From: Yuukianura sp. NJ FZ-2021
Taxonomy: Eukaryota
Assembly (NCBI GenBank): GCA_046563655.1
Contig: CM102285.1
Location: forward strand, 9,114,001-9,178,000
Direction of reading: 5' to 3'
Length of the DNA: 64,000 bases
A model generated the notes under the pieces. That model had not been told where the DNA came from. It ran no database searches and saw only the letters and a list, made by a program, of their open reading frames with translations. The position numbers and the translations under genes were made by a program. Numbering within the stretch: position 1 is the first letter of the stretch; each line of letters starts with the position of its first letter. Below are positions 31,601 to 46,800 of this stretch, piece by piece.

Positions 31601-34600
31601 TCTCTCATGTTACTTTTTTCACTCTTCAAAGAAACCTCTAACCCTCGTGTAAAATTGCAAATTTCGTGGACATTCCTCTGGGTCAGATTAGGGTAATGGG
31701 CGGGATAATCAATCATTGCAAATTGTACCCTATCGCCCACTACCCACGAACTCACACATCTAAACTACTATAATCAAGGCTCTCTGGACTGGATTCTGGA
31801 GATCCAAAACCACGAAGCCCCATATCACACACACTTTCGACACTAGGACACCACAAAAGGACCCCTTGGGACCCTGCGTGAGTTTTGGCACAGAGCGGAC
31901 TTTCCATTAACTTTGAGTTTTAAATTGCACGTCGGACTTTGGTGTTCTACTTTCTTCCTGAATTTCAAATCAGGCGGAGAGAAAACCATTTTCACCGAAT
32001 TGGATTTTCAAATTTTAAATTCAAAGTCCGAGAGTATATCAGTAGGACAGAATTTTCTTTCCAAAACAAAAAAGGCCATGAGCCTGCTCTTCCTGTCCAA
32101 AAACGGCTTACACTAACAAACGACACAACGCCTTCTTTACTATTATGGAAAGCGTGTAACGATGACAGAGGATTTGGGATCCACAATTTTTTGCAATTTG
32201 CAATTTGAAAAGTCCCTGGATCTTTGTTCCATCCAGAAACATTCTTGTTGCGACCAAAATAATTTCAAGACCAAGCATTGAAACAGCGGAAATGAAACGT
32301 GTCAAAAAGAGCCTCGCCTCCGGAAGTTACACACACTCAAGTGACAAGGGCGGAACATGCATAAGTACTACACATTAACTTTTTGCAATTCACCGTAAGT
32401 TAATTTTTGATAACCTTAGTTAATAACTTTCAGACAACATAACTTAAGTAGGCTTAACCATACCTTTATGAACTGCACAACCTCAACTGTATAATCTAGC
32501 AATATAAAAACAAGCTTTTAGAGATTTTGAAAAGAAGTAATCCACTTAGGAGACTTTCATACAGGTTTTTACAAGGTATTAATGTCAAGTGGAGATTCAA
32601 AAACAAGAAGTCAAGTTATTACATGCTAACTATACGTCACCCGCTGCATCTAGTAATAATTCAAAAATGTGCAACTGAAATGTGTTAATCAAGTTTTTCA
32701 AAAATAAAATAAGTCGTAATTCCTTGGCTTTTAGGATAATGAAAACAGGAAGAAAAACTTAAAATTTCAGGACTGTTAAATCTTTTAGAACGAGGACGCA
32801 GACTTAAAAAATAAGCTCAACGGATTTTGAAAAAGCAAGTGGAAGTGTAAAAAGTAAGAGCTAGGCGTTAGTTCCAGAAGCATTTCAGTGCTAACTGCGC
32901 TCTTCCACGACCATTCCATAAAGACAGAAACGAATAAAACAAAAGGAAGAACGGAGGTAGTTTTTAAAAAGAAAAAGTTCTTCTAAAAATTAATGTACTT
33001 CCTGTGCTCCACTGCTGCCGCTGCCGATCTAAAATGCTTTTCCAAGGCTCCTCTGCTAACGTTTTCACCAAAGTTAGGATCCGGGAGTGCCAACTCCAGT
33101 AAACTCTTGAGGTTTATGATCATTTACTGCCAACGGAAAAGTTCCAGATCCAAATTTTCACATCTCCGTGCACTTCCATTAAGTCAAATCGACTTCATTA
33201 TCGCTTTTCTAGTGTAAGATCTTCACCAGAACTTCACAGAAGTTCGAACATTTTAAGCATCGGTTTAGTGCAGACGCTAGACGGGCTTTTCTCGCCACAA
33301 AACTTTGCAAACTTTGGAAATAAAAGGCCACAAACTTCGGTTTTCTTGTCTTTTGTGCAAAAAGTTTTTTTTTGCGAAATTTTGGCATGGTTCATGGTCC
33401 TGTTGCGCACACTTTGTGTCTTTAGCTTTCTACAATGACTCACAACTAAGATGAAATGAAGAATTGGGCGTAACTTTGCATTTTGACTGGTTCAGCATTT
33501 CCCATTGTTTTGACTTGTGTGTGAAGGATGTTTGAAATTCAAAATCACGTTTTCAATTTGGAAAAGTGTCAATATTTGAGAAAAAGGAAATTTTTCCTCT
33601 TTCCATTGTTTTTAATTTCATCAGGATTAATTACGAGGAAGCCACTAAGTCTTAATGGATTGTGGATGTGGTTAATGGTCAAAGTCTAAAGACTCAGACT
33701 TTGAGAGTCTGTCAAACTCATTGCCTCCAGAAGCCTTCAGATACTTTGCAAACTTTTGTTCCTTTCATCATCTGTATGGTAATTCAAGGCCCAAAGCTTA
33801 TGGAAAAACTAACAATTAATGATAGTGCAAAGTTTGCATCTTCTTAAAACTCATTAGCGCCCAAGAAGTGTCAAAATAAGGCGCAGAAGGCAACCACGAA
33901 AGGCGGTTTGGCGTGGACAAGTTTGTGGTGGCATGCGCAGTAACCTGCGGGCGCTTTTGCTTTGCTACTCCCGCTGTCAGTCCTTAGTGTTTACTCATAT
34001 GAAAAATTGACATATTTAAAGTTTATGCCTCCTGTTCGTCTGACCTTAGGGTTAGGGTTGGGCTGAACTGCTGGGGTGGTGGCTGCATAGCCATCATAAA
34101 TTCAAAAGTGTGAATAAAGAGTACAAACAACATCGTTATGAACTAGCACGGAAGCTTTGGAACAAAAAATGTACTAAAACATAACATAAGTGTTTAAAGG
34201 CAAAGAAACAGAAAGCGTCTTGGATTTCAATTTATAACATTCAAGTAAAAAACATTCGGTTTTAGGCACGTAGCTAAAGACTTTTTAGGTTACGCATAAC
34301 TTCTAAGTGTCTAATTTCTAAAGTTTGTCTTCAAGTGCGCATTGTTCGGAGTTTAGGAAATAAAAGTGTTAAAAATTGAATTCCTGAAGACAAGTTGTTT
34401 ACTAGCGGACACTACTGAATAATTTTTAAACACTTTCGTTTGATCGCCCGCTCTTACCATACTTTTACGTTAAAGCCTGCATTCGACAAAACATCCAAAG
34501 CTAAAATGTTGTTTGTAGCTTCTCTTGTTTTATGGTGCGTAGCTCCACACTTCAACTGCTGCGGAGCTCTTGCGTTTGCAGTTTTTAAACAAGATACAAA

Positions 34601-36138
34601 ACACTTTGGTCCCCAGAGAATTGTTCCAATTGGTTAGAAAATGAGATTGTTCCGTTGTGGGACCGTTTAGAACAAGGTTTTAGAACAACACACGCCACTT
34701 TGAGATTTCATGAAATATGCAAGCAGAAGGTGAGGCCTTACGAAGGCGTGTCAGTTGAAGTACTTGGTAGGATCAGTTGAATAATCCCAAGGAACTAATT
34801 AAAACATCAACTTCAGATGTACGGTTGAACCAACCGAAAGATTTATAGACAACGTAGGAACTGTATGCGATTGCTATCTTCTTTTGACCAGGTTAGGCTA
34901 GGTTGTTAGATCCTGTCTTGTTTGTTCGTGGAAAAACGTCCTTTCACATTGTGACACCTAGCTGTAGACTCTCAAGGGGCATTGCAAAGGACAGCTAACG
35001 ACTGGACACGTAGTAGATGTCAACTTGGACATGTCTCTGTCCGTAACAGACACTTGCAATTACACTTCTCCCCGGGAAAATCGACCCACTGCAGCGGATC
35101 CGTTTCTAGTTAATTGTGTATTCAATTGTAATCAGAAAATAAATTACTAGAAAGAGAAAGTGTGGCAGATTCGAAAACTTTCACTCGATTTCCATGTGTT
35201 TTCCATTAGCTTTCTATTTTGAGAGAACAAAGCGTCCTTTCTCCACATTAGGCTCAGTGTAATTAAAATCCTGGACTTGTCAAAGCAAAAACCCTCAATT
35301 GCAAAACTGTTTTAGTAGAGAAAGGAGGGCCGTTTCAAAAACTGAAACAAGGTGACAGAGACCTCAATTAGGAAACAGAGAGGGGTAATCAGGGAAAGTG
35401 CTTTTGACATTTTCAAGTAGTGGGTTGGACCAGCAGGATTCGGTTCTGGATGGACTGGAAATGAAAGCATTTTGGTTCTCAACTGTCAAAATGAGGTCAC
35501 TGTCAACGCAAACCAAATCTGGAAAATAAATTATTGACTCTAATACACTTTCCAGGAATTTGAAATTCTAAACCACTTTGGAAATTTGATAATTCCAAAA
35601 TTTCACTTGGAAATGGAACTAATTTTTAGTGGAAGAATTGACAGTCAGAAGGAATAACAGTAGAAGTTGGATTCTAAGACCCATGTTGTCATTATTGGTG
35701 GAGAAAGTCGTAACAGTTTGAGTTTATGGTTTTCTCCAGGTGAGTGCTTTCCTCATCTTCCCAAAGTCCCGCATGCATCTTTTGGAAGGGGTTTCTGCCC
35801 TAACCTAACCATAGAATAGTGCCTGTACGAAAACCAGTTTCCATATTTCATGAACCTAAACCAAAAAATGCATAAAACTAGCCCACTCTTTCCAGTTCTC
35901 AAGTTTCACTGTTCCCTCTTTTATTTCCTGAGCAATAAGCGTAGCTATAAGCGTTTCTCCAATAATCCTCTTCCTTCATTTCTGGACCAAATGACGCAAC
36001 GCTTCTCAAACTACGGCTTCAATTCCTGTCTTTTATGATGCCCGAGTAACTTTGATGACTAAATTTTTTGAGTTTTTCATGTTTTGAACTTAGAAAGTAA
36101 CGAGCGTTGTGTAAATGAAAGTTTAATTAAAAACTTAC

Positions 36139-36216
36139 CGTGAGTTTAAACAAGAATTGAGTTGTTGACGCAGTTGTTTGCCGGGTAAAAGTAGTTCGGG
36201 CTGGTATGTGCTTCAC
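36139..36216 (-). other. Candidate 78-nt exon, possibly 5' UTR of the hnRNP C-like gene
   Basis: tttctgtag acceptor and GTAAGT donor on the same strand as, and upstream of, the hnRNP C-like ATG; no homology support. Confidence 0.25.
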
Positions 36217-39200
36217 CTACAGAAATTCCGAAGTTGTTCTGGCAGAAAATTCTTCCAGTATTTTCAACAATAGTGGATCTGTGTACAAGCTAAGAGCGTG
36301 GGCGAAGTTGTTCAACACGGGTAAGACGATGCTGGTTGGTGATGAGCTGACAAGGTTTTGAAATGATGGTTCTTGTTCAAAGTGGACGTCGAGACTGAAG
36401 ACACGGAGCTTGGGGGCACGGCGATGGAGGGTTGGAAACTGAAACGAAGCTGGGGAACAACCGAGACTCTCCAAAGCATTACTCAGACCTAAAACATTTT
36501 TCCGTACACTTTAGAAGGCAGAACGCGAGGCGCAGAGGCAGTCGACATCATCATCTTCCCCTAGCCTAGTCCAACTGCTGCTCTCCTGTGTTGTTGAGAT
36601 GTGGTTACAAAATAAAGGAACGGAGATTTGGCACATTCTTGGGGAGAAAGTAGCGGAGAAAGTTGGAAGTGGCTGGTTCTCCCTGTGCTGAATTCTCCTT
36701 TCATTTGTTGTTTCTTCTCGACGTGATAATATGAAAGGAAGTATTTTCTATGGCTGAGGTCAGACTCTGAGGTCGGTTCGGTTGTAAAGCCAAGGGATTC
36801 TGGAAGTGTGGTAGAAGTTGGAGATTCTAGAAGTAAGAGCAGAGGCTTTTGTTAGAACCCTAGAAGTTTTGGTCCTAGAATCCAGCAGAGGCTCTTTCTA
36901 AAACTGAAAATCGATCTTTGTGTCTCTGACGAAGCTTAAAGCGCTTCTACCAATGTTTCTGCTGCCTCTCCTTTCCTTTCCCCCAAAATACCTCCGTTCC
37001 TGCCTCCGCAAGCTAGAAGAGCCCGATACTAGAAGAAAGCGTTAATAGCCCTTGCTTTTTCTACGCCTTCTTCACCATCTTCAACCCGTACTTAAGGACC
37101 CAGACGAAGCGTCTTGGAGAGAGTTCCAGCGTTTTTAGGGTTGGACGACCTTGGTCTTCGTTGACGTTCGCTTCCTTACGTATTCCAATGGATACTAAAA
37201 CAAAATAATGATGTTCAAACCAACGATTCCTCGCTTGTTATACTTTACATTTAGTCACAAGCTTTGTGTACTAACAAGCGGAATGCTTCACAGCACTTTA
37301 AAAAAATGTTTAGATCACATCATTGACAAAGTTCCGTTTTTTACCATGCTTTTATTATTATTACATTCAAACTAAAGCAGTAGAAACATTGAGCGTCGCA
37401 GCGTCTTGTCGCAAATTGTTTTAGCGACATGTCTTGACGATGGCTCCAGGAGCTTGTTGCTTTTGTATTTGCAGCAAAACTTTTTCGTTCAAGGCGACAA
37501 ATGAGATGATAAAAAGAAAGTTATGGTCATAAATTTAGTCTCAAAGTGTGTCTCATCTCACATCCCCACTTTATAAAAATCGAAAAAGTTGGTTACTTAG
37601 GACTAGCCGTTGTGAAACTCACTTTGGATGAACCTTGGGCCTAAAATTGTTTCCAATTCAACTGAAATAGTAATTTGAACTAATGTAGTCTCTCTGCTCC
37701 AGCAGTAAATGGACGATGGAGTTAAATCAAACATTTCATCACTTGACATGAACACAAACCGCTTTCCAATAATAGCCACTGGACATGCAACAGCAGACAA
37801 CTCCAAAGTCCAAGTCCAGTGAGGAAACTTCTGTTCGAACGCGACGAAACTCTCAAGTTCGGAATTTTTTTGTGTGCTTTCTCCAAAAAGCAACAACACT
37901 TGAGGAAGGTGGGAAAAAACTTCAATAAAGAAGACGAAAAGGAAACAAGTTTGTCTTGCTGCTGGAGAAAGGAGATTGCTTGACTCTTTTTAGAAATAAC
38001 AAATGAACTTTTCTTACTTTCCAAACTTTCTCCACTTTTTCTTTTGGAAAATTTTGAAAAAGAAACCAAAACTAGCCTTTTCGCGGTAAAGGAAAAAAGC
38101 ACAGCAAAAGAAAATCTGGAGCGGAAGGCGATAGAGCTCAACCTCACATAGTTCAAAAAATATTGCAGGAACATTTGCAATGGGAATCGATTTTGTGATT
38201 TCCGCTTTCTCCATTCCTTTGAACGAATAAAAAGTCAACCAACTCTTGTCGTCTCTTTTACTTAACAAGTGACTTACTTTAGTCGTTTGAACTTGTGTTT
38301 CAGTTTTGCAATTTTCAATGAACCCAAAAGCCATGGCTTTAGGAATGAAATTGAATTGCTATTTTTAAAAAACTTAGTTTTGCCTACTTGAATTTCAAAC
38401 ATTCCGTAAATGCCAAAGTTTGAAACAAAACATATTGTCTCCTTTTGGCTCGGAGTTTTTAGAAGTGTTATTTTGACAACTTTTCAAAAAAGAAGTGCGT
38501 GTTGGCTGATATTTCCTTGCTTGACAAATAAGGGTACCCCATGCATTTTCATTTCAGTATTGTGACAACGGAGAAAACAACACCTTCAAAAGCTTCCAAG
38601 ACGGTGACGATGGAGTGAGAAGTTGGTCAAGTCAGCACACTAAGGAAGTGGTTCATTAGAAGACAAAAGACAAGTCTCATGACAGACTCATTAACACTAT
38701 GTCAAATTACAACTCTGGATTAGGCTAACCTAAAATAACAAAAGTTGGTTAAGACAGCCTAACCTAACATGAACTCTCCGTTCCTAGTGGGAGTTCTGCG
38801 TGGCTAGAAGAAAACCTCCAGGGTTTTCTGTAAATGAAACCCATAGCCACTCCTTTGTGCCTGGCGTAATTTGATGGCGTGCTGAGATTAAGTGAGGGAG
38901 CAATGCTTTCTCCCTAATGACCTCCATTGCATGTCAGGTCAAGGTAGAAACTAAATTGAACAAATATTAAAAATAGACACGGAAATCACTCAAGCCTACA
39001 CGGAGGAGGAAGGAAGAGATCAACTTCCTTGGAAGCTGTTCTAACTACTGGATTTCCAACGCAGTACTTTCTTCCGTCACATAAATCAGTCCTTTGAACA
39101 AACCGCGCTTTGACTTAACAAGTGAAAGTTAGTGTCGGAAGCATAAGGCTTCCCATTACTATTCGGTTCGCTTCACTTTTCAACCTAAGGTTTTACGCAA

Positions 39201-40491
39201 GCAACAAGGAGAGAGGCTCTTCAAAACATGTCTGGAGCAGATGCCGTTTTACTTTCTCCCGCTTTTTAAGAATTCCCTTTTGATTTTTTAAAAATTGGAT
39301 TTCTATTTGCTCTGTAACTGTTGTAAGCTTAGGGTAACGTGCGTAGCTTGCTTTCTATACAGAGTAGACTTCCTACTACGGAAGTTCATATCTATGTTTT
39401 CACCGAAACGTTTCATTTCCAAGTTAGTTCAACTAACCTGTGTAATAAAAAAACACTTTGATAAAAATCAAAAGCAAACTTTTTGTTCTAAACATTGGCA
39501 AGTAACTCAAATCTTTTGTTATTTACTATTGTTAGGTTATGGCAAAATGGTACACTTCAGCGGTAGTGAAAACAAAGATGTGGTTTGCCCTATGTATGCA
39601 GTGAAGATGTTTAATTAATGATGGAATTAATCCTATGTAGGATTTTGTTTGAGACGTTGGTTCCTTGGAAGGATTGGACTTCTGGAAGAAGCCAAAGGGC
39701 CTTTTGGCCCTTGTGAACAATAAGTGAAAGGGAAGTTAATCAAGAGAAAGCAAAGAAGCCCACTTTTTGTGTTCCACTTTAATCCACTTTCTCTTCCTTT
39801 AAGTCCCCTCCTTCTGGATCCAAGTGGGTTTCCGTTAATAGGCCCAAAGTGTATTAATAATTATTTTTAGCCACAGCCATTTCTTACTAGGGAGCTCTTG
39901 AGAAGGAAAGAAGTGAAAGCAGCCTTGGCAGATTGTTGTTGAGCTGTTTTGCATATGCGCATGGCACCACTAAAACTATAGAGGCTGGTCCTATTAAAGG
40001 AATCTGGCCGTAGGTTTTCCTGCTTCCTGAATAATGTAAGTAGCCAAGGCGATGATCCTCACACGTTAATCTAATTCCCGGGAAAGAAGCTAGGGAAAGA
40101 AAGAACCATTCCATGCATTTCACAGGGACCGAACTTGAATAATTAAAATCCATTACAAGGCTGGAAGACTAAAGCTAAGGGGAACAAAGCCTATTCTGCT
40201 TTTTTTCGCTCACGGAACATGGTATACATGGGAACTTTTTGTCTCGAACTAAAAATAGAAAGTCACTCAGCTCCACTTTAACATGGATTCTCGTCACGCA
40301 GGTTTTCAATACCAATTTTTTTTACTTTTGCAAAAATGCTTTTGGAAGAAATTTGGAACGAGATAGCAAGAGATTAGCTTATTTCACTACAAATTTTGGA
40401 ACATTGTAAATTTTTGCATTTACGAGTGGATAGACTTTGAGTAGGACGAAGAGTTGCGGGTGAAAGTATTTTTCTGGAGATGTTTGGAGAG

Positions 40492-41255
40492 TTATTCTGA
40501 TTGTGACCCCGATTTTGAGAATAAGCTGGAAACGTAGTTGATGATGCTTGAGATCATTGCTTTCTGCATTTCAATTTCCATGGCAATTCCTTGGATGAGA
40601 GCATAGACGGCGTAGAGTTGACCAGTCTGAATCACCGCAAGCCCCGAAAGGACAATCGGGGATAGCTTCATGAAATTCCCGAAAATTGCCATGAATACGC
40701 AGGTCAAAATGGTTTCTCCGGCGGTGTAGTAAATGTAGAGCCATAGGTGGGTTACGTTCTTCTACAAACGAAAAAAAAAAGAATGTGAAATGCTAAAATT
40801 TAAAGGAATATAATAGTAGTGTGCTGCTATTGTCATATTTGTACTATCTTACAGCATTTACCGCCTTCAAAAGAACAAATGCCGCCATGGAATGCAAAAG
40901 AAAGTACACTGTGACTCCAGCAATCTCTGAAAAAAACGAAAACAAAAGAACTTTAATAACATAACGACATAACGAGCCAAATCCCTTAAAATTTTCTCTC
41001 AAAGTTTTAATTGACGAGTTTTCTGTTAGAAACTTACTCAAAATTGGATCACTGATTGCTCTGCCGCTTTGTTTCCGCAAAAGGTCGCTTCTGAAGAGAA
41101 TTGGCATGAACAAAACCACTGGCAAAAGCTGTATATACAGAATTAATAAATGACAAATTATTCAGAAATGAATGTTGCAAATTCGTAGGTACCATGTTGT
41201 AAAACCCGATAACGGCAACTCCTCCTTGAAGGAACTCAAGATCTTCTGATGACAT
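40492..41255 (-). CDS. Small multi-pass (about 4 TM) membrane protein of about 165 aa, function unknown
   Basis: Exons 41193-41255, 41038-41128, 40853-40926 and 40492-40761 have GT-AG introns and matching phases: MSSEDLEFLQGGVAVIGFYNM-LLPVVLFMPILF...PIL-KIAGVTVYFLLHSMAAFVLLKAVNA-KNVTHLWLYIYYTAGETILTCVFMAIF...SQSE*. Confidence 0.75.
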
Positions 41256-43846
41256 TGTTAAGAATCAGCGACAGCGACAGCTCAAAAGAGAAAATTTGTG
41301 AATTACCCTCGGGTCAACAAACCAATGACCTTTAACAAAATCAACTGTTGCAGTGCGGTCTTAAATTCTAGATTCGACCTGGCCTCCTCCAGTTGGAGAT
41401 GAAAAATTTGAATGCGAGTTTATATAGAAGATTTTTTTAAATATCTGCTCTAGATTGGTCGATAGGGCTTCGCAAATGTTTACAGCAATAAAACAATCAA
41501 AGTTGATCCTCGTTGCCATGGAACTGCTTCCATATGTGAAAAAAAAATACAAAAATGGTCGTCAAAATCGAAAAATTTCATCTCTCTGAAAAAGAAAATG
41601 TTTGATTCAACACGAAACTGATTCACAAAAAGAATTGAGACCTAGGCTGGGTTCTAAACACATCTTCCCCGGATACTTCGAAAGAGCAAAAACTTTCCTT
41701 TGTTGTTTCAGATTCACTGATTTGCATAACACAATGGATAACTGAAATAATTTTCGTTTCATGCTAAATCAAGTTCTTCCTAACATGGTAAGACCAGTCC
41801 AAGATTTACTGCTCCAATTATTTTGATGTTTTATGTCAAAAGTGATTTTGAGTTTACAATAACATGTGAAAGGGACGTCGAAAGTGGAATTACCAGAAAC
41901 TCTCCAGTAGTCCCGCTAGTGCCACTCCATGTTTAATGAATAAAGAATTGTGTACTAGGTCGTAAGGCCAGTGTCACTAACTTACTGACGTACTTCTGGG
42001 TCTCTTCAGAACACTAAATTATTCATGCCACATCGTTTGCTCTGCTGGAGAAAGTGGAAAATGGAAATAAAACTTTGTACTTTCCCTCCAGACTTTCTCT
42101 TTGTACCATTTCTGTCCCGATTGAACTCAAGACCAGCAACAACACAGTTCGATTCAAGATCCATTGACAGTCTTTGGTACGATTTACAGGACTTTCTCTT
42201 TCCCACTGAATTATGAACAAAGAGAGTAGAAAGTTAGTTTTGGAGAGAGTGTTGTAAGGTTTCCTAAGCGTAAAGGAACACGAGGGCCCAAAATAATTTG
42301 AATACATTTTCTTTCGAATTTGGCGTTTACTTACTATGGCAGGTAGCAAAAGTGAGGGAAAAAGATAAATATTGGAGATAGGAAAGTTTGAAGGTTCATA
42401 GAAAGGTAGATTTAGCAAGAGAAAGTTGTGGGGGAGTTTGAAGGAAGGAGGTTAAAAAATCGGGTTTGACAGAATGATGAATTTTTATGCCTGATTTCCC
42501 ATTGATCATCCAAAAAGTTACAACAAAATTAAATTGCATTCAGTTCATCCTGAGATAAGTAAAACTCCGATCCATTCTTCATTTTGAAGCTCATCATTTT
42601 TTCAATTGAGGAGAAAGGTAAAGTGAAAACATTTTAATCAACTTCCTGTGAAACAATAACCAACAGAAAATGGTAGTTTAACGTAACTTAACTTTTAGTT
42701 CTAATTGGTCTTGCTTCCTTCTTGGTCTCAATTTTTTTAGACTAAAATAACGAACAGGAGTGCAGAAGCAAAACTTTCACGGAATTTACGCCTCTATACT
42801 ATTATAAATTTCATGAATAAATTTTTAAAGTCACTATTCACTAATTTATAAAAAGTGTCCTAAAGTATTTTAAGTTTTTTGACAATTAAGTTAAAATCTT
42901 TTGAAGATTTATGCATAAAATCAAATTAAAATGACAAAAGATTAGGTAAGAAATCGTTGTCAATTAAACAACTACGATAATTCAGAAAGTAAAGTTGAAA
43001 AGGCGCTTGGAAGTGAAAGTCCATTATGAGCCTTTGCGTGAAATTTCCTGTTGCTAATAAAATCAGAATTAAGTTCCTTTGAGGCGTGGAGTGGACTGCC
43101 ATTGTGTTGATTCCAGTTGAGCACCGAGAAATGTCTTAATTTCCTCCCTGTGAATTGGGACGGAGAAAGTTCTTTGAGTTCGGAGGAAGACGGATGATGT
43201 TGTGGGAAGAGCAATGAAGCATTCACAAAGAGAACCCAACTTTCACTGTAGCTTACTTTCTTTTCACCACTGCAAACCTCTGTCCTCACTGCTTTTCCAT
43301 AAAAGGCGTAAGCAAAATGAACCACTTTACTACTTATCCCATCAACTCAGTTTTACCAACAAAAAAGTTAGTGACAGTTGCATATTTTTGTTGGTTTGGG
43401 ATTTGGAAAAAGTTGATTCGAAAAAACAAAAGTTTAACTAAGTGTTGTACTGCGCAAGCCCACGCAGCAATGAGACGCCAAATTAAGGAGGTCACGGAAC
43501 ATGATTTGGTTGAAAGAGAAAGCTGGTGAAAGTTGGAGAAAGTGTGAGTGGGGCTCATCTAGCTGTGCGAAAGCTCAACAGTTCTCCGGCTTCTTCCTAA
43601 TATCGATCCGGGAACGGTCCTGGAAGACAAAAATAACTTAATAGCTTAACAAGCGTATTAAATCTATCGCTAGAGGTACAAAATTCACCAATTTAAGGAT
43701 TGGTTAACTGCGACGACATCAACAATGGACACAATCTGGACAAATTTTACTTCAGTTGCAAGTTTAAAGTGAAATTATTTAAAAATGTGATCTATTGAAC
43801 GATTACAGAGAATCAGATCAATATTGATTCAATTCCAGAAACTGAA

Positions 43847-46800
43847 ATGCTGGAACAGGTCAAGTTTCGTGTCATACATCTTTCAAGTAAGCAAAAACAA
43901 GCAAACAACACATACCTAAGCTGTTGCAGTTTTTTTTTCTTAAATTTTTGAATAAAACATTGCAGGCGAAGAAGTTGGCTATGCAGGATCGGAACTTGAG
44001 CGACATGGACCCACTGTTAACGGTTGGAGGTCAAGCAAGAAAGCAGGACTCTCATACCCCATGGAGATTATTTTACAGTTGGAGACGAGGTCAAGGCTAG
44101 GTCACATGCAGCTCCTAATGCACCAATACCTTATTCGTAAGACAACTTGAATACTAATTCCAATTATTCAATTCATATTTTTAATATAAGTTCGCAAACT
44201 TGAGTTGCATTGTATTTGTGCCATTTTAGCTGAAAGTATCGAGTTGTTTATTGGTGAAAGTTTGTCTGAAAACAACGAAGACAGCAATCAGTTAGAGTCG
44301 CTGGAGAAAATCAAGTTTATTTTGTTGGGTCATGTTCAAATGTCTACGAATGTTAACACGGGATTCAAAGTGCGTGAACTCAAATCTGTCAGCATGGAAT
44401 GTACCGGAACGTTTATAAAGCTCCTGATTCACAAAAATCATGAAAACAAGTACAATCCCTACAACCAGGTAAGACTTGTCACAATACAGTACAAAATATA
44501 AACAGGAATTTCTCTTTTCCTGGATCAACTCGGAGAAATATTTAAACAAAAAAGTGAAAGCTGGTTGACAATTTCACGTCGTAAATTCTTGCTACCTAAC
44601 TTCATTTCTGAAGCTGGACATGAATGAATGGACTTGTGAGAAATTCAAATTTATAGCTTTTCAAATTATTTTTCACAAAGGTTGCGCTGGTGGCCATCAA
44701 CGTCCTTGGGGATAAGCTGTACGATGAGTTTGACATGAGCAGGTCGTTGACGCGTGTTTCGTTTCACGAAACGACGCAGAGCGACCGGGATCGGAATTTG
44801 TTTTCTCCTTATGACGATCTTGCTTTCACCATGTACGTGGACAATGAAGTCCAAGTTCTCATTAAGAAAATGGATCTCAAAAAACAGGAAGCAGTTCTAG
44901 GTGAGTTTTGAAATTGGTAAATCATAGCTTTGAGGTTTTCTTTTATGAAATACAGTTTCTTTTTTGTTTTTTTTTCTCGAAATTTTTGAATTTAGATGAG
45001 AGATTTGATTTCGCAAGTAAACTAAAGTCAACAATAGAACATTTGCGGAAGTCTGGTGAAGTTTTAGCCAAGTACCAACTGGAGAAGCAGATAGCAGCTT
45101 CCCGGGAAGACTTCCAACGTGCCAAAGAAAAGAAGGTTCAGATGGACACGTACCGAGATAATTTGTACAAGTCATTCCGTGTCAAAGAACTTTTGGAACC
45201 GAATGGGGTGAGTGTGAGTGCTTGAAGATCGACTGTTGACTTTTCATTTTTAAATTTTTGTTTAAAAAAACTTCAATATTGTTATGCGTCATTTTTCGTC
45301 CAGAGATTAGCTGAAAACGACATTCCGGGGAAGGTCGTAGGGTTCGGGAATGCTGGAAACAATTCCAGCGGAACAAATGGGATTGGGATGGGCATGACGC
45401 GATCTCTCACGGATCTTCCGCCCCCTACGGTGTCCGCCGTTTCTACTCCAGGTAGGCTACACACTTAAGGCACTTGGCAAGGTGACAAGTGATTAATTGC
45501 GATAGGTTTTTGGCAATTGATTAATCAAGCCCTAAGATCAATTCCAGAGAGTACAACTAGTGAGCGCTTCTCATCGTCATTACTCACGACGCCCGACGGA
45601 GAGAAGAAGGCCGACGGATCATTGGGCTACCACAGCAATGAAGAACCAAAGTTCCCGCCACCACTCTACATCAAGTAAGTGGCCATCTTGGCCAAAGCGC
45701 TTATCCAGAAATTCTGAAACTCTGGTCCAGAATCAATATCCAGAGCTCTCTCTAGAGAAATCATAGATCCGGAGCTTTTTAGACTCCAACACTTTCTATA
45801 TTTATGAATTGTCAGTTCTTAGCACATCCATTTCTTTGTCGCTGAGCTTAGAAGGCTCAAGACAATTGAAAGGTTCATTCGTTTTGTAAGATTTGTGAGT
45901 ACCACACACTTCAAGTCTTATCAAAGTCGCAAAGTGCTTAAGCTGACTTAATAACACAAAGGAAAGCCAAGAGATGCCAAATTGGTAAAGTGCCAAAATA
46001 ACACTTTCCCGTTTTTCGCAACTCTTTGGCCAAACTGTCACGGTTATCCACTTAAGCCTTAATTTAATTTCTAATCCTCCAGACTCCAATTCCAAGAAAC
46101 AATGTCAACTAAAGTGTCAAATTAGGCATGAAATTGGTTATGAAAGCATTCTACGCAGTACTTGTAAGCACCAAAACGCATTAGCTAAATCTAAATTTCA
46201 AGAAACTGTGTGTTTTTTCTAGAAAACGAAAGCCGACGGATCGAATTGAGCGTGAATTACGCGAAGAGAAGCGAGAATGTTCTCTTGTTGCAGCAGCCAG
46301 TAACGCTGCAGCGTCTTCCAGACCATCAAATATGTCTGAAAGGGCTAAACGTTATGCTGCTCTTCCAGTCGCTGTGTTTGGAGAAGCGATTGTAAGTTGA
46401 AGTCTTTGTGATAAGTTTAAAACAAAAGAATAACAAAATCTAGAGTTTCAACGCTGACGCTGAAATGTTGGGGTGTGGTAGAAGGAACTTAAAAGGAAAA
46501 GCTTTTAAGACTGACACTTTCCAAACATTGTTCATTTCATTGCCAACAAAAATTGACTTTTGCTTTCCCTTCCGCATAGGTTGAGAAAATCTTTTCCAAG
46601 AACTTTGCAGTCAAGGAAGATGGACTGCGGAATTTGCAAAAAGCTTTGTCAGAGTATAAACGAGGAGACAAGAACAGTAAGTTCGTTACGTTGTATGAAC
46701 AGGAAAATGTTTTTAGAAGCCATTAGAAGCCCAGTGTCGGCTTGTAGAACCTGAAAATTGGCAGTAGTTACATTAGTCATTTACACTTTTGTAGCATTTC

